Source of the DNA: Chiloscyllium plagiosum
Lineage: Eukaryota
Assembly (NCBI RefSeq): GCF_004010195.1
Contig: NC_057719.1
Coordinates: forward strand, 88,486,333-88,550,332
Direction of reading: 5' to 3'
Length of the DNA stretch: 64,000 nt
In this document: positions 11,925 through 24,369 of the stretch, piece after piece
Layout: each line of letters begins with the position of its first letter
Position numbering within the stretch: position 1 is the stretch's first letter
Notes under the pieces: generated by a model
Databases searched by the model: none
Seen by the model: the letters and a program-made list of their open reading frames with translations, nothing else
What the model was told of the DNA's origin: nothing
Translations under genes and position numbers: made by a program

Positions 11925-12730
11925 TGCCATCCAAAGCTCAAATGCATGCTTCAGGGATGTGGGTTCAAATCCCACCACGCAACTAGGAGATTTGAACGTA
12001 ATGGATGAATAAATAATGAGTGTGGAATCAAATCAGATGGTGACCCGTGAAATGAGCAGATTATCGGAAGAATTTCTCTCAATCACTAGTGGCCTTCAGG
12101 GAAAGGAAATTTGCCATGCTAACCTAGTCATAGAGTCATAGTCATAGAGATGTACAGCATGGAAACAGACCCTTCGGTCCAACCCGTCCATGTCGACTAG
12201 ATATCCCAACCCAATCTATTCCCACTGCCAGCACCCGGCCCATACCCCTCCAAACCCTTCCTATTCATATACCCATCCAAATGCCTCTTAAATGTTGCAA
12301 TTGTACCAGCCTCAACCACATCCTCTGGCAGCTCATTCCATACACGTACCACCCTCTCTTTGAAAAAGTTGCCCTGTAGGTCTCTTTTATATCTTTCTCC
12401 TCTCACCCTAAACTTCTGACCTCTAGTTCTGGACTCCCCGACCCCAGGGAAAAGACTTTGCCTATTTATCCTATCCCATGCCTCTCATAATTTTGTAAAC
12501 CTCTATAAGGTCACCCCTCAGCCTCCGACGCTCCAGGGAAAACAGCCCAAACCTGTTCAGCCTCACCCACGAGCTCAAATCCTCCAACCCTGGCAACATC
12601 CTACATTTGACTCCAGTTGTACAGCAATGGGATTGACTCTTAACTGCCCACTGAACTGGCTCTAACAAGCCCCTCAGTTTTGTTCCACCCTCTGATGGGC
12701 TTTACCAGTGACTCCCACATCCCAAGAGAC
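11925..12730 (+). mobile_element. tRNA-headed SINE (family of 29505-29800) split by a CR1 insertion
   Basis: B box gggttcaaatcccacc and agggaaaggaaatttgcc; resumes after 12601 with tgactccag...gactcttaactgcc. Confidence 0.6.
12127..12601 (-). mobile_element. Well-preserved CR1 3' end
   Basis: LFSLERRRLRGDLIEVYKIMRG and WNELPEDVVEAGTIATFKRHLD; (gtcata)n tail at 12127-12148. Confidence 0.92.
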
Positions 12731-12859
12731 GAAATACTTGTCTAGGCTTGTTAACAACGTATGGTGTATTCCATAAGGTGGCCATCCTCATAGCTGAACA
12801 AGATCATTGCAAGTTCCAGTCCTAATCCAGAGTGGTGAACGGAAAAAGCTGGCAACTGG

Positions 12860-13120
12860 GAATTGGCGACTTCGACATTGGTTGGGTCCAGTGTAGACAG
12901 TGGCAAAGTGATGGAGGAGGGAAGGTGACGCAGGGTAGGCCTCGATAAGCTGGCTTAGGACTGACAGATTCTGTCTCAGCTAAATCTTTCTTTGTTTTCT
13001 TCTTATTCTTAAATTATTCAAAATGGCTCTGATTTATGACAACAAATGAAAGTTTTTCACTGTATTTTGTTGCTTCTGTAAAATACATGTGACAATAAAA
13101 AAAATCATTCATTTATTCAC
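12860..13120 (+). mobile_element. Short non-coding element with a Rex1/L2-type 3' tail
   Basis: ttttcactgta...tacatgtgacaataaa...(ttca)n resembles the tail of the Rex1 copy at 27295-27342. Confidence 0.5.
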
Positions 13121-13619
13121 AAGTGAAGATGTCTCACCCAGGTTTACTTTCAATCATAAAACATTCAGTGAATTTCACATGCACACAATCAGGAGGGTCC
13201 TATTTATAAACTGGATCGCAGTCATGGAAACAAAGCACAATGAGCACGAAGTCTTATCTACAATTTTTCAGTCCACTACATTCCCACCAGATAACAAGAC
13301 TATTTCCAGATAAAATTCCTCTTCCCATATAAGGGCTGAGCTAGTGCTTTAGCTCATTATGAGCTGAGGTAAATCCACTCCATTTATATGGCTGATGTTG
13401 GGAAGTCTTTTTACCATTTGAGGAAGAATTAGTTTCCCCATCAAAACCTTTGAGAACAATTAGATGTTATGAGGACACTGAGTGGTTTCACTGGCCAGTG
13501 GCTCCCAATTTCATATTGGCTGAGCCATTACTCCATTCAGTTGTCCAATATTATGCTACATGACCCATCCCATTATCACTAGCATTTAATATTTCTAATC
13601 TGTCCCACATTGTGATTAT

Positions 13620-14170
13620 TTATAAGACTTTGTTGTACAAATCATTTGGAGCATTGTGTACAGTTCTGGTCGTCCTGCTAGAGGAAGGATGTTACTAAAC
13701 TGGAAAAAACGATTTACAAGCATACTACCGGTACTGGAGGGCTTGAGTTATAAGGAGAGGTTGGATACGCTGGGACTTTTTTCCATGGAGAGTAGGAGGC
13801 TGAGGGGTGACCTTATAGAGGTTTATAAAATCATGAGGTGTATAGATAAGGTGAATAGCAAAGATCTTTTCCCCAGGATAGTGGGGTTCAAAACTAGAGA
13901 GCATCGGTTGAAGTTGAGAGGGAAAACATTTAAAAAGGAACCTGAGGGGCAACTTTCACACAGAGGGCGGTGATTATGTGGAATGAGCTGCCCGAAGAAG
14001 TGGTAGAAGTGGGTACATTTTCAACATTTAAAAGACATTTGGGCAGGTACATAGATAGGAAAGGTTTAGAGGGAATATGGGCCAAATGCAGCTAAATAGG
14101 GCCAGTCTTGTTTGGAAAACCTGGTTGGCATTGACAGGGTTGGACCAAAGAGCCTCTCTCTATCACTCTA
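13620..14170 (+). mobile_element. CR1 3' fragment
   Basis: LEGLSYKERLDTLGLFSMESRRLRGDLIEVYKIMR followed by 3' UTR. Confidence 0.9.
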
Positions 14171-14297
14171 CTATAGGGTGTCTTTAGATCACTTCCACTG
14201 TACTACACCACATTTCTACTCAAATATACATTCTATGTTTCTACATTGAAACAAACATTCTACGTACAGATCTTCTGAAACAAGGATGTCTCTTCGT

Positions 14298-14398
14298 AAA
14301 CAAAAATAGAAATTGCTGGAAAAGCTCAGCAGGTCTGGCAGCAGCTGGGGAGAGAAATCAGAGTTAACGTTTCAGGTCGAGTGACCGTTCCTCAGAAC
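14298..14398 (-). mobile_element. Half fold-back element, family B, with a hammerhead-like core
   Basis: The minus strand at 14362-14398 reads gtt-CTGAGGA-ac-GGTC-actc-GACC-t-GAAA-CG-TT-aac. Confidence 0.75.
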
Positions 14399-14765
14399 GT
14401 CCCTTAATCATTGCACAAATACTATTCTTCATTAATGGTGTTCCCACTCCAGCTTTACCTGGCTCCCCATTCTTTTTGAATGCCATGTACTCCTCAATAT
14501 TCAGGAGCCAATTCATGTCACAGAAAGAATATGTGAAGAGCTCCCCTTCAGTCTCCCCTGAGGTTTCAGAGACCACATCAGATAGACTGATAAACCTACC
14601 ACAGTGATTATCCTTCCCTGTGAATCAGAGATGGAATCCAAGACTTGAGGGAGGTGCAAGTTAAGGAGATGCAAATGATACTATTTTAGGTCATGTGTAG
14701 AGTTAGAACCTTAGGGGAGATGTGTGACTATGTCATTAAGGTCATCTGTAGGATTATTGGGATTT

Positions 14766-15003
14766 ATAGAGGCATAGAGTGATACAGCACGGAAACAGAC
14801 CCTTCAATCCAAACAGTCCATGCCAACCATAATCCCAAACTAAGATTGTTTCACCTACCTGCACTTGTCCTATATCCCTTCAGACATCTCTTATTCATGT
14901 ATTTATCCAAATGTCTTTTAAATTTTGTAACTGTATCCACATCCACCATTTCCTCTGGAAGTTCATTCCACACATGAACCACTCTCTGTGTAAAAATGTT
15001 GCC
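14766..15003 (-). mobile_element. CR1-A (outer element of the nest), 3' part
   Basis: The 3' UTR breaks at ...aaaaatgttgcc and resumes at ~21730 (gtcctttttaaatctttctc). Confidence 0.8.
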
Positions 15004-16017
15004 AAAGAACAAAGAGCATTACAGCGCAGGAACAGGCCTTTGGCCCTCCAAGCCTGCGGCGATCTATAACCTCTATCTAAACCTGCTGTTTATTTTCTAA
15101 GGGTCTGTATCCCTTTGCTTCCTGCCCATTCATGTATCTGTCTAGATACATCTTAAATGTCGCTATCGTTCCGGCTCCTACCACCTTCACTGGCAATGCA
15201 TTCCAGGCACCCACCACCCTCTGCTTAAAGAATTTTCCACGCATATCTCCCCTAAACTTTTCCTCTTTCATTTTGGACACGTGACCCCTAGTAATTGAGT
15301 CCTCCCCTCTCGGAAAAGGTTTTTGCTACCCATTCTGTTGATGCCTCTCTTGATTTTGTAGGCCTCAGTCAGGTTCCCTCCTCAACTGTCTTCTCTCCAA
15401 TGAAAATAATCCTAATCTACTCAACCTCTCCTTGTAGCTAGCACCCTCCATACCAAGCAACATGCTGGTGAACCTCCTCTGCAGAATCTTCAAAACATCC
15501 ACATCCTTTTGGTAATGTGGTGACCAGAATTGTATGCAGTATTCCAAATGTGGCCGAACCAAAGTCCTATACAATTGTAATATGATCTGCCAACTGTCAT
15601 ACTCAATACCCCGTCCGATGAAGGATAGCATGCCATATGCCTTCTTGACCACTCTACTGACCTGCATTGTCACCTTCTGGGAACAATGGACCTGAACACC
15701 CAGATCTTTTTGGTATATCAATTTTCTCCAGGACTTTTCTATTTACTGTATGGTTCACCCTGGAATTGAATCTTCCAAAATGCATCACCTTGTACTTGTC
15801 CAGATTGAAATCCACCTGCCATTTCACTGCCTAACTCTCCAATCTATTTATATTCTGCTGTATTCTCTGACAGACCCCTTCACTATCTGCTACTCCACCA
15901 ATCTTAGTGTCATCTGCAAACTTGCTAATCAGGCAACCTACAACTTCCTCCAAATCATTTAAGTATATCACAAACAACAGTGGTCCCAGCACAAATCCCT
16001 GTTGGACACCATTGCTT
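15004..16017 (-). mobile_element. CR1-B (middle element), 3' part
   Basis: (aaagaac)n tail; QKDLGVQVH, LVRPHLEYCIQFWSP, VLGPLLFVIYLNDL, KFADDTK. Confidence 0.9.
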
Positions 16018-19000
16018 ATAGAACATAGAACATAGAAAAGTACAGCACAGAACAAGCCCTTAGGCCCACTATGCTCTGCTGAGGTTTAATGTTAATGTAA
16101 AATATAGTAACTTAACCTATGCACCCCTCAACTCACTGCTATCCATGTGCATGTCCAGCAGTCGTTTAAATGTCCCCAATGACTTCGCTTCCACCACCTC
16201 AGCTCACAACGCATTCCATGCATTCGCAACTCTCTGCGTAAAGAACCTACCTCTGACCTCTCCTTTATACTTTCCTCCTAATATCTTCAAATATTGACTT
16301 CTCGTACCAGTCAATCCTGCCCTGTGGAAAAGTTTCTGGCTATTGATTCTATCTATTCCTCTCATTATTTTGTACACCTCGATCAGGTCTCTTCTCTTCC
16401 TCCTTCTCTCCAGAGAGAAAAGTCCGAGTTTATTCAACCTTTCTTCATAAGGTAAACCCTCCAGTCCAGGCAGCATCCTGGTAACCTTCTTTGCACCCTC
16501 TCCAAAGCCTCTGTATCTTTCCTATAGTAAGACGACCAGAACTGGACACAATATTCCAAGTGTAGTCTCACCGGGGACTTGTAGAACTGCAGCAAAACCT
16601 TGCGGCTCTTAAACTCGATCCCCCTGTTAATGAAAGCCAAAACACCATATGCTTTCTTAACAACCCTATCCACTTGGATGGCAAGTTTGAGAGATCTATG
16701 TACTTGCACACCCAGATCCCTCTGTTCCTCCACATTGCCAAGAATCCTGTCTTTAATCCTATATCCAAGCATCCGAGTTCGACCTTCCAAAATGCATCAC
16801 TTTACATTTATCCAGGTTGAACTCCATCTGCCATTTCTAGGTTGAACTCCATCTGCCATTTCTCAGCCCAGCTCTGCACCCTGTCTATGTCACGCTGCAG
16901 CCTACAGTAGCCCTCTATTCTATCGATGACACCTCCAACCTTTGTGTCATCTGCAAATTTACTAACCCACCCCTCAGCCTCGTCATCCAAGTCATTTATA
17001 AAAACTACAAAGAGCAGAGGCCCAAGAGCAGAGCCCTGTGGGATCCCACTCAATACTGACCTCCAGGCAGAATACTTCCAATATACAACCGCTCTCTGCC
17101 ATCTGTCAGCCAGCCAATTCTGAATCCAGACAGCCAAATCTCTCTGTATCCCATACTTCCTGATTTTATGAATGAGCCTACCATGGGGAACCCTATCAAA
17201 TGCCTTGCTGAATTCCATATACACCACATCCACGGCTCAACTGTCGTTGACATGTCTTGACACCTCCTCAAAGAACTCAATAAGATTTGTGAGGCATGAC
17301 CTGCCCCTCACAAAGCCATGCTGGCTGCCTTTAATCACATTATGCTTTGCCAAATAGTCATAAATCCTATCCCTCAGAATTATTTCCACAACTTTGCTGA
17401 CCACAGACGTAAGACTGACTGGTCTGTAATTGCCAGAGATTTCCCTATTACCCTTCTTGAAAAGTAGAACAACATTCGCCTCCTTCCAATCCTCCGATAC
17501 GACTCCCGTGGAGAGTGAGGAGGCAAATATCCTCGCCAGCGGCTTAGCGACCTCCTTTTTCGCTTCCCGGAGCAGCCTAGGATAAATCTGGTCTGGCCTT
17601 GGGGACTTATCAATATTAACATTTTCCAAAATTTCTAGCACATCATCTTCATCAATCTTGATCTGGTCAAGACTGTATCCCAGCTTCTCTAAGTTTCCTT
17701 TCCTTGGTGAAAACCGAAGCAAAAAACTCATTTAGGGCTTCCCCTATCTGCTCAGACTCCACGCACAAGTTCCCTCCACTATCCCTGATCGGCCCTACCT
17801 TCTCCCTGATCATTCTGATATTCCTCACATATAAGTAAAACACCTTCGGATTCTCCCTAATCCTTCTTGCCAAGCCGTTTTTGTGCCCCCTCCTGGCTCT
17901 CAGTTCATTTCTGATCTCCTTTCTAGCAAGCCTGTAATCCTTTAAAGCTATGCTAGATCCTTGCTTCCTACACCTTACGTAAGCTGCCTTGTTCCTTTTG
18001 ACGAGAAGTTCCTCTGTTCTCGTCATCCAAGGTTCCTTAATCTTACCCCTTCTTACCTGTCTCAGAGGAACAAATTTGTGCATCACTCACAACAACCGCT
18101 CCTTAAATAGTCTCCACATGTCGGCTGTGCCCTTTCTGTGGAACAATTGTTCCCAGTCTGCACTTCCCAACTCCTGTCTGATAGCGTCATAATTTCCTCT
18201 TCCCCAATCAAATACCTTCCCTCAGTAACTGCACCTTTCACTCTCCAAGTCTATGCTAAATGTGAGGCAGTTGTGATCACTTTCACCAAAGTGCTCTCCC
18301 ACTGCGAGATCTGACACCTGTCCCGGCTCGTTGCAGAGCACCAAATCCAAAATGGCCTCTCCCATCGTCGGTCTGTCCATATACTGAGTAAGGAAAACCC
18401 TCCTGAACACACCTAACATAAACGGCTCCATCCAAACCATCTGCACTGAGGAGGTTCCAGTCGATATTGGCAAAGTTAAAATCACCCATAACAACAACCC
18501 TGCTACTTTTGCATTTTTCCAGAATCTGCCCGCCTATGAGATCTTTAATCTCTCTACTGCTATTAGGTGTTCGGTAGAAAACCCCCAATGTGGTGGCTGT
18601 TCCCTTGTTGTTCCTAACTTCCACCCATACTGACTCAGTAGACAAAGCTTCCTCAACAACCTTCGTTTCTGTAGGCATGATGCACTACTCTGATTAGCAA
18701 TGCTGCTCTCGCTCCTCTTTTTCCACCCTCCCTTTTCTTTTTAAACATTCTAAACCCTGGAACATCAAGCAACCATCCCTGTCCCTGTGAAACCCACGTC
18801 TCCATTATGGCCACAACATCGTAGCCCCAAGTACTGATCCATGCTCTAAGTGCGTCACTCTTATTCCGGACATTCCTTGCGTTAAAGCAGACACGCTTTA
18901 ACCGATCCCTATTATTCATCACATGAGAAACCTTCCTGATAGATTCAATATATCCTGTCACTGTCCTGTCTGCAAGTGATCAGACAGGACAGTGGCTCCA

Positions 19001-19576
19001 ATTCCCACCCCCCTGCCAAACTAGTTTAAATCGTCCCGAATCGCACAAGTAAATCTCCCTCCCAGGACACTTATACCCCTCCAGTTCAGGTGCAACCTGT
19101 CCTTCATGTACAGGTCCCACCTTTCCCAGAAGGGATCCCAATGGTCTAGGTATCTGAAGCCCTCCCTCCTGCACCAGCCTCGCAGCCAAGTGTTAAGCTG
19201 CATTCGCTGACTGTTCCTCATCTCATTATCTCGTGGCACCGGTAGCAAACCTGAGATCACTACTGTACTCTACTCGTCCTGCTCTTCAGCTTCCAACCTA
19301 ACTCTCTGCAGTCACTTGTCAGATCCTCAATCCCTTTCCTGGCTATATCATTGGTGCCAATTTGTACCACAATTTCTGGCTGCTCCCCCTCCCCCTTCAG
19401 AATTTTATAAACCCGATCTCACCCACTTAAAAACTTCGCAGAAGTCCTTCGCTCCTCCCTCGCACCTCTCAGCAAATGGAGGCCCCGATACCTGAAGTAA
19501 GTGTTTTAAACCGTTAGACTTACCTTCCCAGAAGTTGTTCACTCCTCCCTCACACCTCTCGGCAAATGGAGGCCCC
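16018..19576 (-). mobile_element. CR1-C (inner element): near-complete, frameshifted CR1 with 5' UTR, ORF1 esterase C-terminus, and ORF2 endonuclease plus RT
   Basis: ORF1 ISGLLPVPR...WCRREGFRYLDHWD...DRLHLN; EN CFNARNVRNK, VMGDFN, LDLVL, GESDHN; RT NYRPVSLTS, FSKAFDRVPH, GIPQGSALGP, KFADDTK; (catagaa)n tail. A 25-bp tandem duplication lies at 16814-16863. Confidence 0.95.
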
Positions 19577-21731
19577 ATTTTGAGAAGCTCCCTTCCACTA
19601 CTACTCTCTGTCTCCTGCTGCCCAACTAGTTCTCCATCTATGTAGCTCTTACACCCTGGATCCCATGCGACTTGACCTTATTCATCAGCCTACCATGGGG
19701 AACCTTATCAAATGCCTTACTGAAGACAATGCATATACCATCTACATCCCTTCACTCACCAATCAACTTTGCCACTTTAGATTAGATTACTTACAGTGTG
19801 GAAACAGGCCCTTTGGCCCAACAAGTCCACACCGACCCGCTGAAGCGCAACCCACCCATACCCACTGCCCTACATTTACCCCTTCACCTAACACTATGGG
19901 CAATTTAGCATGGCCAATTCACCTACCCTACACATTTTTCAACTATGGGAGGAAACCGGAGCACCCGGAGGAAACCCACGCAGACACAGGGAGAATGTGC
20001 AAACTCCACACAGTCAGTTGCCTGAGGCGGGAATTGAACCCAGGTCTCTGGCGCTGTGAGGCAGCAGTGCAATGCACTGTGCCACCGTGCTGCCCACACT
20101 TAGATTTCTTACAGTGTGGAAACAGGCCCTTCGGCCCAACAAGTCCACACCAACCCGCAACCCAGCCCCCTACACCTAACACTATGGGCAATTTAGCATG
20201 GCAATTCACCTAACCTGCACATCTTTGGACTATGGGTGGAAACCAGAGCACCAGGAGGAAACCCACACAGACACGGGGAGAATGTGCAAACTCCACACAG
20301 TCAGTCACCTGAGGTGGGAATTGAACCCGGGTCTCTGGTGCTGTGAAGCAGCAGTGCTAACCACTGTGCCACCGTGCCGCAAAGAATTCTGTTAGGTTTT
20401 TCTTCAAAGAATTCTGTTAGGTTTTTAAGACATGACCTTTCTTGCACAAAAACATGCTGCCTATCACTGATCCCTTAGTATCTTCTCCAGTAGCTTCCCA
20501 ATCACTGATGTCAAGCTCACAGGTCTGTAATTACCTGGATCATCCCTGCAAGGGGACATTAGCAATTCCCCAGTCCTCTGGGACCTCCCCTGTTTTTAAG
20601 GATGCTGCAAAGATATCTGTTAAAGCACCAGCTATTTCCTCTTTCGCTTCCTCAGTAACCTGGATAGATCCCATCTGGAGCTGGAGACTTGTCCACCTTA
20701 ATGCCTTTTAGAATACACAACACTTCCTCCCTCCTTGTGCCGACTTGGCCTAGAGTAATCAAAGATCTATCCCTAACCTCAACATCCGCTATGTCCCTCT
20801 CCTCAGTGAATACCTATGTAAAGTACACATTAAGAATCTCTGACTCCATGCATATCTTTCCTCCTTTGTCCTTGAGTGGGCCAAACCTTTCTCTAGTCAC
20901 CCTCTTGCTCCTTATGTATGAATAAAAGGTTTGGGGGTTTTCCTTCAACCTGCTCGCTAAGGATATCTCATGACCTCTTTTAGCCCTCTTAATTCCTTGT
21001 TTCAGATTGGTCCTACATTCCTGATATTTTTCCTAAGCTTCGTCTGACTTCAGTAGCTTAGACCTTGTGCACACATCCTTTTTCCTCTTAGCTAGTCTCA
21101 CAATTTTACCTGTCATCCATGGTTCCTTAATCTTGCCATTTCTATCTCTCATTCTCACAGGAACATATCTCTCCAGTACTCTGATCAACCTCTCTTTAAA
21201 AACCTCCCACATGTCGAATGTGGATTTCCCTTCAAACTGCTCCCAATCTACGTTCCCCAGCTCGCCACATTTTGGTATAGTTGGCCTTCCCCCAATTTAG
21301 AAGCTGTGTCCCTGAGCTCCCACATTGAGCAAGAGCAGGTCTCCTGCCTCTTTTAATCTTAAGCTTTACCTAAATTGAGACTAAAGTTATAAAAAAAGGA
21401 AGAGAAGTTTTTTTACAACTTACCTTAACTTACCAAACTTACCTTAACTTACCTTATCAACACACCAAAGAGTCCTTTTTTTTGGTTCGAGAATGAGGGC
21501 GCATGGGAGACACGACATGGGTAGTGTCTCGGGTTCAGCAACTGCCCCAAAATATCAGCTTTTAAAATGGTTTGCTTACCTTCCCAGCAGCCTCCTGGTC
21601 CTCGTTCTCTCCACCCTCGCTGCAATTAAAATGGAAGCCACACACTCCCGAGTGAAGCTTTTTAAATGTACTGTTTACCTCCCAGCAGTCCCCTGGTCCT
21701 CGTCCTATCTGCCCTCGCTGCAATTAAAATG
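19577..21731 (-). mobile_element. CR1-B, 5' part (RT N-terminal region and 5' UTR, internally deleted), containing two SINEs
   Basis: The RT continues across the CR1-C insertion (ccatggggaaccttatcaaatgcctt = KAFDKVPHG on minus). 5' monomers lie at 21557-21633 and 21656-21731. Confidence 0.8.
19777..20380 (-). mobile_element. Two tandem HE1-like SINEs (19777-20095 and 20100-20380)
   Basis: Each has a tRNA head, a V-domain and a (ttaga)n tail. Confidence 0.92.
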
Positions 21732-22015
21732 TCCTTTTTAAATCTTTCTCTTCTCACCTTAAAAGATATGCCCTCAGTCTTGAAATCCCCCACCCTAGGG
21801 AAAAGATACCTGCTATTCACCTTATCCATGCCCCTCATAATTTTATAAACCTCTATAAGGTCACCCCTCAACCTCCTATGCTCCAGTGAAAAAAGTCCCA
21901 ACCTATTCAATCTCTCTTTATAACTCAAACCCTCCATTCCCAGCAACATCATGGTAAATCTCTTCTGAACCGTCACCAGCTTAAATATATCCTTCTTACA
22001 GCAGGGTGACCACAG
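21730..22015 (-). mobile_element. CR1-A, remaining 5' part
   Basis: VQKRFTMMLLGMEGLSYKERLNRLGLFSLEHRRLRGDLIEVYKIMRG, collinear with 14766-15003. Confidence 0.85.
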
Positions 22016-22092
22016 CTGACTTGGTCTAACACGTCTAGGAAGTGGCTCTCACGTGGCAGAGGTGAAGTCTTTACTATGTTTAACTAAAACTA

Positions 22093-22349
22093 GGAGAAAG
22101 TGAGGACTACAGATGCTGGAGATCAGAGCTGAAAAATGTGTTGCTGGAAAAATGCAGCAGGTCAGGCAGCATTCAAGGAGCAGGAGAATCGATGTTTCTG
22201 GCATAAGCCCTTCAAGAAGGGTTTATGCCCGAAACGTTGATTCTCCTGCTCCTTGGATGCTGCCTGACCTGCTGCACTTTTCCAGCAACACATTTTCAGC
22301 AACACATTTTCAGCTCTGATCTCCAGCATCTGCAGTCCTCACTTTCTCC
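22093..22349. mobile_element. Symmetric fold-back element, arm family A, with a 15-bp TSD
   Basis: ggagaaagtgaggact...agtcctcactttctcc, axis at ~22213. TSD actatgtttaactaa lies at 22073-22087 and 22350-22364. Confidence 0.9.
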
Positions 22350-23082
22350 ACTATGTTTAACTAACCAGGTAATATTTTAGCTGACATCAAAAGCATGTTG
22401 CAATATTTACAAAGCACTTTCCTTGACCTAATGTTAGTATAAAGACCAACAGTCTAGACTCCATCTAAGTCTGTCCCACCTCCGGCAAATAACTGCTTTA
22501 CATTTGCCAATGACACCATATTGAAATCATTAATGAGATTGTAATTCACATAAAGTAAGTGGAATAAGTTATTTTATTCTGGCTGGTGTTGATCTAGTGA
22601 TGTTGTTAAGTCAACCTTCCAGGACAAGACAGGGACAGATGAAACCTGGAGGTTTTTGAGGATTTTAAATATATTGATCTCACTAGTAATTAGCAAGGAC
22701 CTTACCTAAATTGAGTGTTGCAGGGCCCAGGACTACTCCAGGACTGTTAACTGTTAAAGCCTGGTAGCTGCCCCAAGGGGCAGTGGGGAAAGACCATCAT
22801 CTAAAGTCTGACTGCCAAAGTAGAATGGGGGTCAGTTCAGTTATTGGACCCCACCCCCCCCCACAGTGTGTTAAATGCGTGTTAATATAGTCTTGTAGTA
22901 AAAAGTGCCTTTGGTTTGTTTGTTGGTTAGAGTCAAACTGTGATGTTTGTTTATTTGTTTCTCCATGTGCGACTGAACTGATTCAGTGACTATAAGTGTA
23001 TATGAAGATATTTTAACGAGTGAAGTATATTTTGAAATTTAAAAAAAACTAAAATAAGCAAGGAACTTTAAACAACTGAGTG

Positions 23083-23178
23083 TTCTGAGAAAGGGTCACT
23101 CGAACCGGAGCATTAACTCGGATTTCTCTCCACAGATGCTGCCACACCTGCTGAGCTTTTCCAGCAATTTCTTTTGTT
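23083..23178 (+). mobile_element. Half fold-back element, family B (decayed hammerhead-like core)
   Basis: gttctgagaaagggtcactcgaacc...ccacagatgctgcc...gagcttttccagcaatttc. Confidence 0.7.
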
Positions 23179-23214
23179 GAAGCTAATATAATGTTATGTT
23201 TATTACAGGGAGAT

Positions 23215-23720
23215 GTGAATACAACAGTAGGGAGGTTACAGAGGGCATTGATGAGCCTGTATGTGGAGTATTGTTTGCAGCACTGGTCTACGTACTTATT
23301 GAAGGATGTTACTGTGTTCGAAACAGTTCAGAGAAGGTTTACTGGATTAATATCTCTCCTGGATGGATTGTCTTTTGAGGGATGGCTGGGCCTGTATTCT
23401 CTGGACTTTAAAAGAGTCAGCGGTGACCTAACTGAAACACATAAAGTCCTGAGGAGACTTGACTGAAGAATCTAGAACTGGGGGTCATAGATTAATCATA
23501 AGGAATCACCCATTTAAAACAGAGATGAGGAAACACTTTCTCTCATGGGTCATGGGTTTTTTGAACTCCCTTCTTGGAAAAGATTTGGAAGCAGAACCTT
23601 GTAAGGTTTTTAATGCAGAGCTAGATAGATTCTTGTAAATAAGGAGATGAAGGGTTCTTGTGTGTAGATGGGAATGTCGTTTGAAGCGATCAGTGCCAAT
23701 TTTATTGACTGTGGCGTAGA
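23215..23720 (+). mobile_element. Decayed CR1 3' fragment
   Basis: VEYCLQHWS...ETVQRRFT...GDLTETHKVLRRLD. Confidence 0.8.
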
Positions 23721-24369
23721 TTGGATGTGTTGGAGTTCAGAACTATGAAGAAACAGTCAAAGGTCAACTATGTTTTACAGGAAAACAAAATGTTTATAAA
23801 CATTATGTCTGGTTAATATGTACTTGCATTCCTATCTTTTGGTGACCCAAAGAAAATGGAAATGAGCCAAGTTTTTGCACACACTAACCTTGCTATTGGA
23901 CATTCCTGTGCAGCTCATTCCTTAATTTTTCAGAAGAGCATAAAGTGGGAATTCTTCTGCTTTAGGTTTGGAAGTTAAGAAAATATAAAAGGGTTGTTAA
24001 AAGTACTCTAGCTGCAGAAACACCAGGCGAAGTCTTATAGAGACCTGAATGACACAGATTAAGATGGGGATTGTGGTAGAATCACACAGCAAATCCAGTG
24101 ACATCTATATCATGATCTCAACAGCAAACAGTCACCTCAACCCGATGGTCTTCTTGCTAGAGGCAAGAGGGTACTTCTCAGTTTGAACGTCCAAGGGTCA
24201 GAGCATATCAGGCATGGTGGAGGTGGAGGGCCTGGCCACTTAGGAACAGGAATATTCCATTCAGCCCCTCAAGTCTGTTCTGCCCTTCAATGGGATCATA
24301 GCTGATCTGTGGCCTAATTCCATATACCTAACTTTGGCCCATATCCCTCAATACCTTTACTTAACAAAC

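Noticed and set aside
19665..20395. Recurrent peptide CGRKPEHPEETHADTGRMCKLHT as a gene family
   Set aside because: It is the antisense translation of the V-SINE core and occurs wherever the SINE does.
22093..22349. Fold-backs as MITEs (DNA transposons) or miRNA genes
   Set aside because: TSDs are long and variable (12-17 bp), arms are asymmetric, half copies exist, and family B arms match a GIY-YIG retroelement end. There is no expression evidence for miRNAs.
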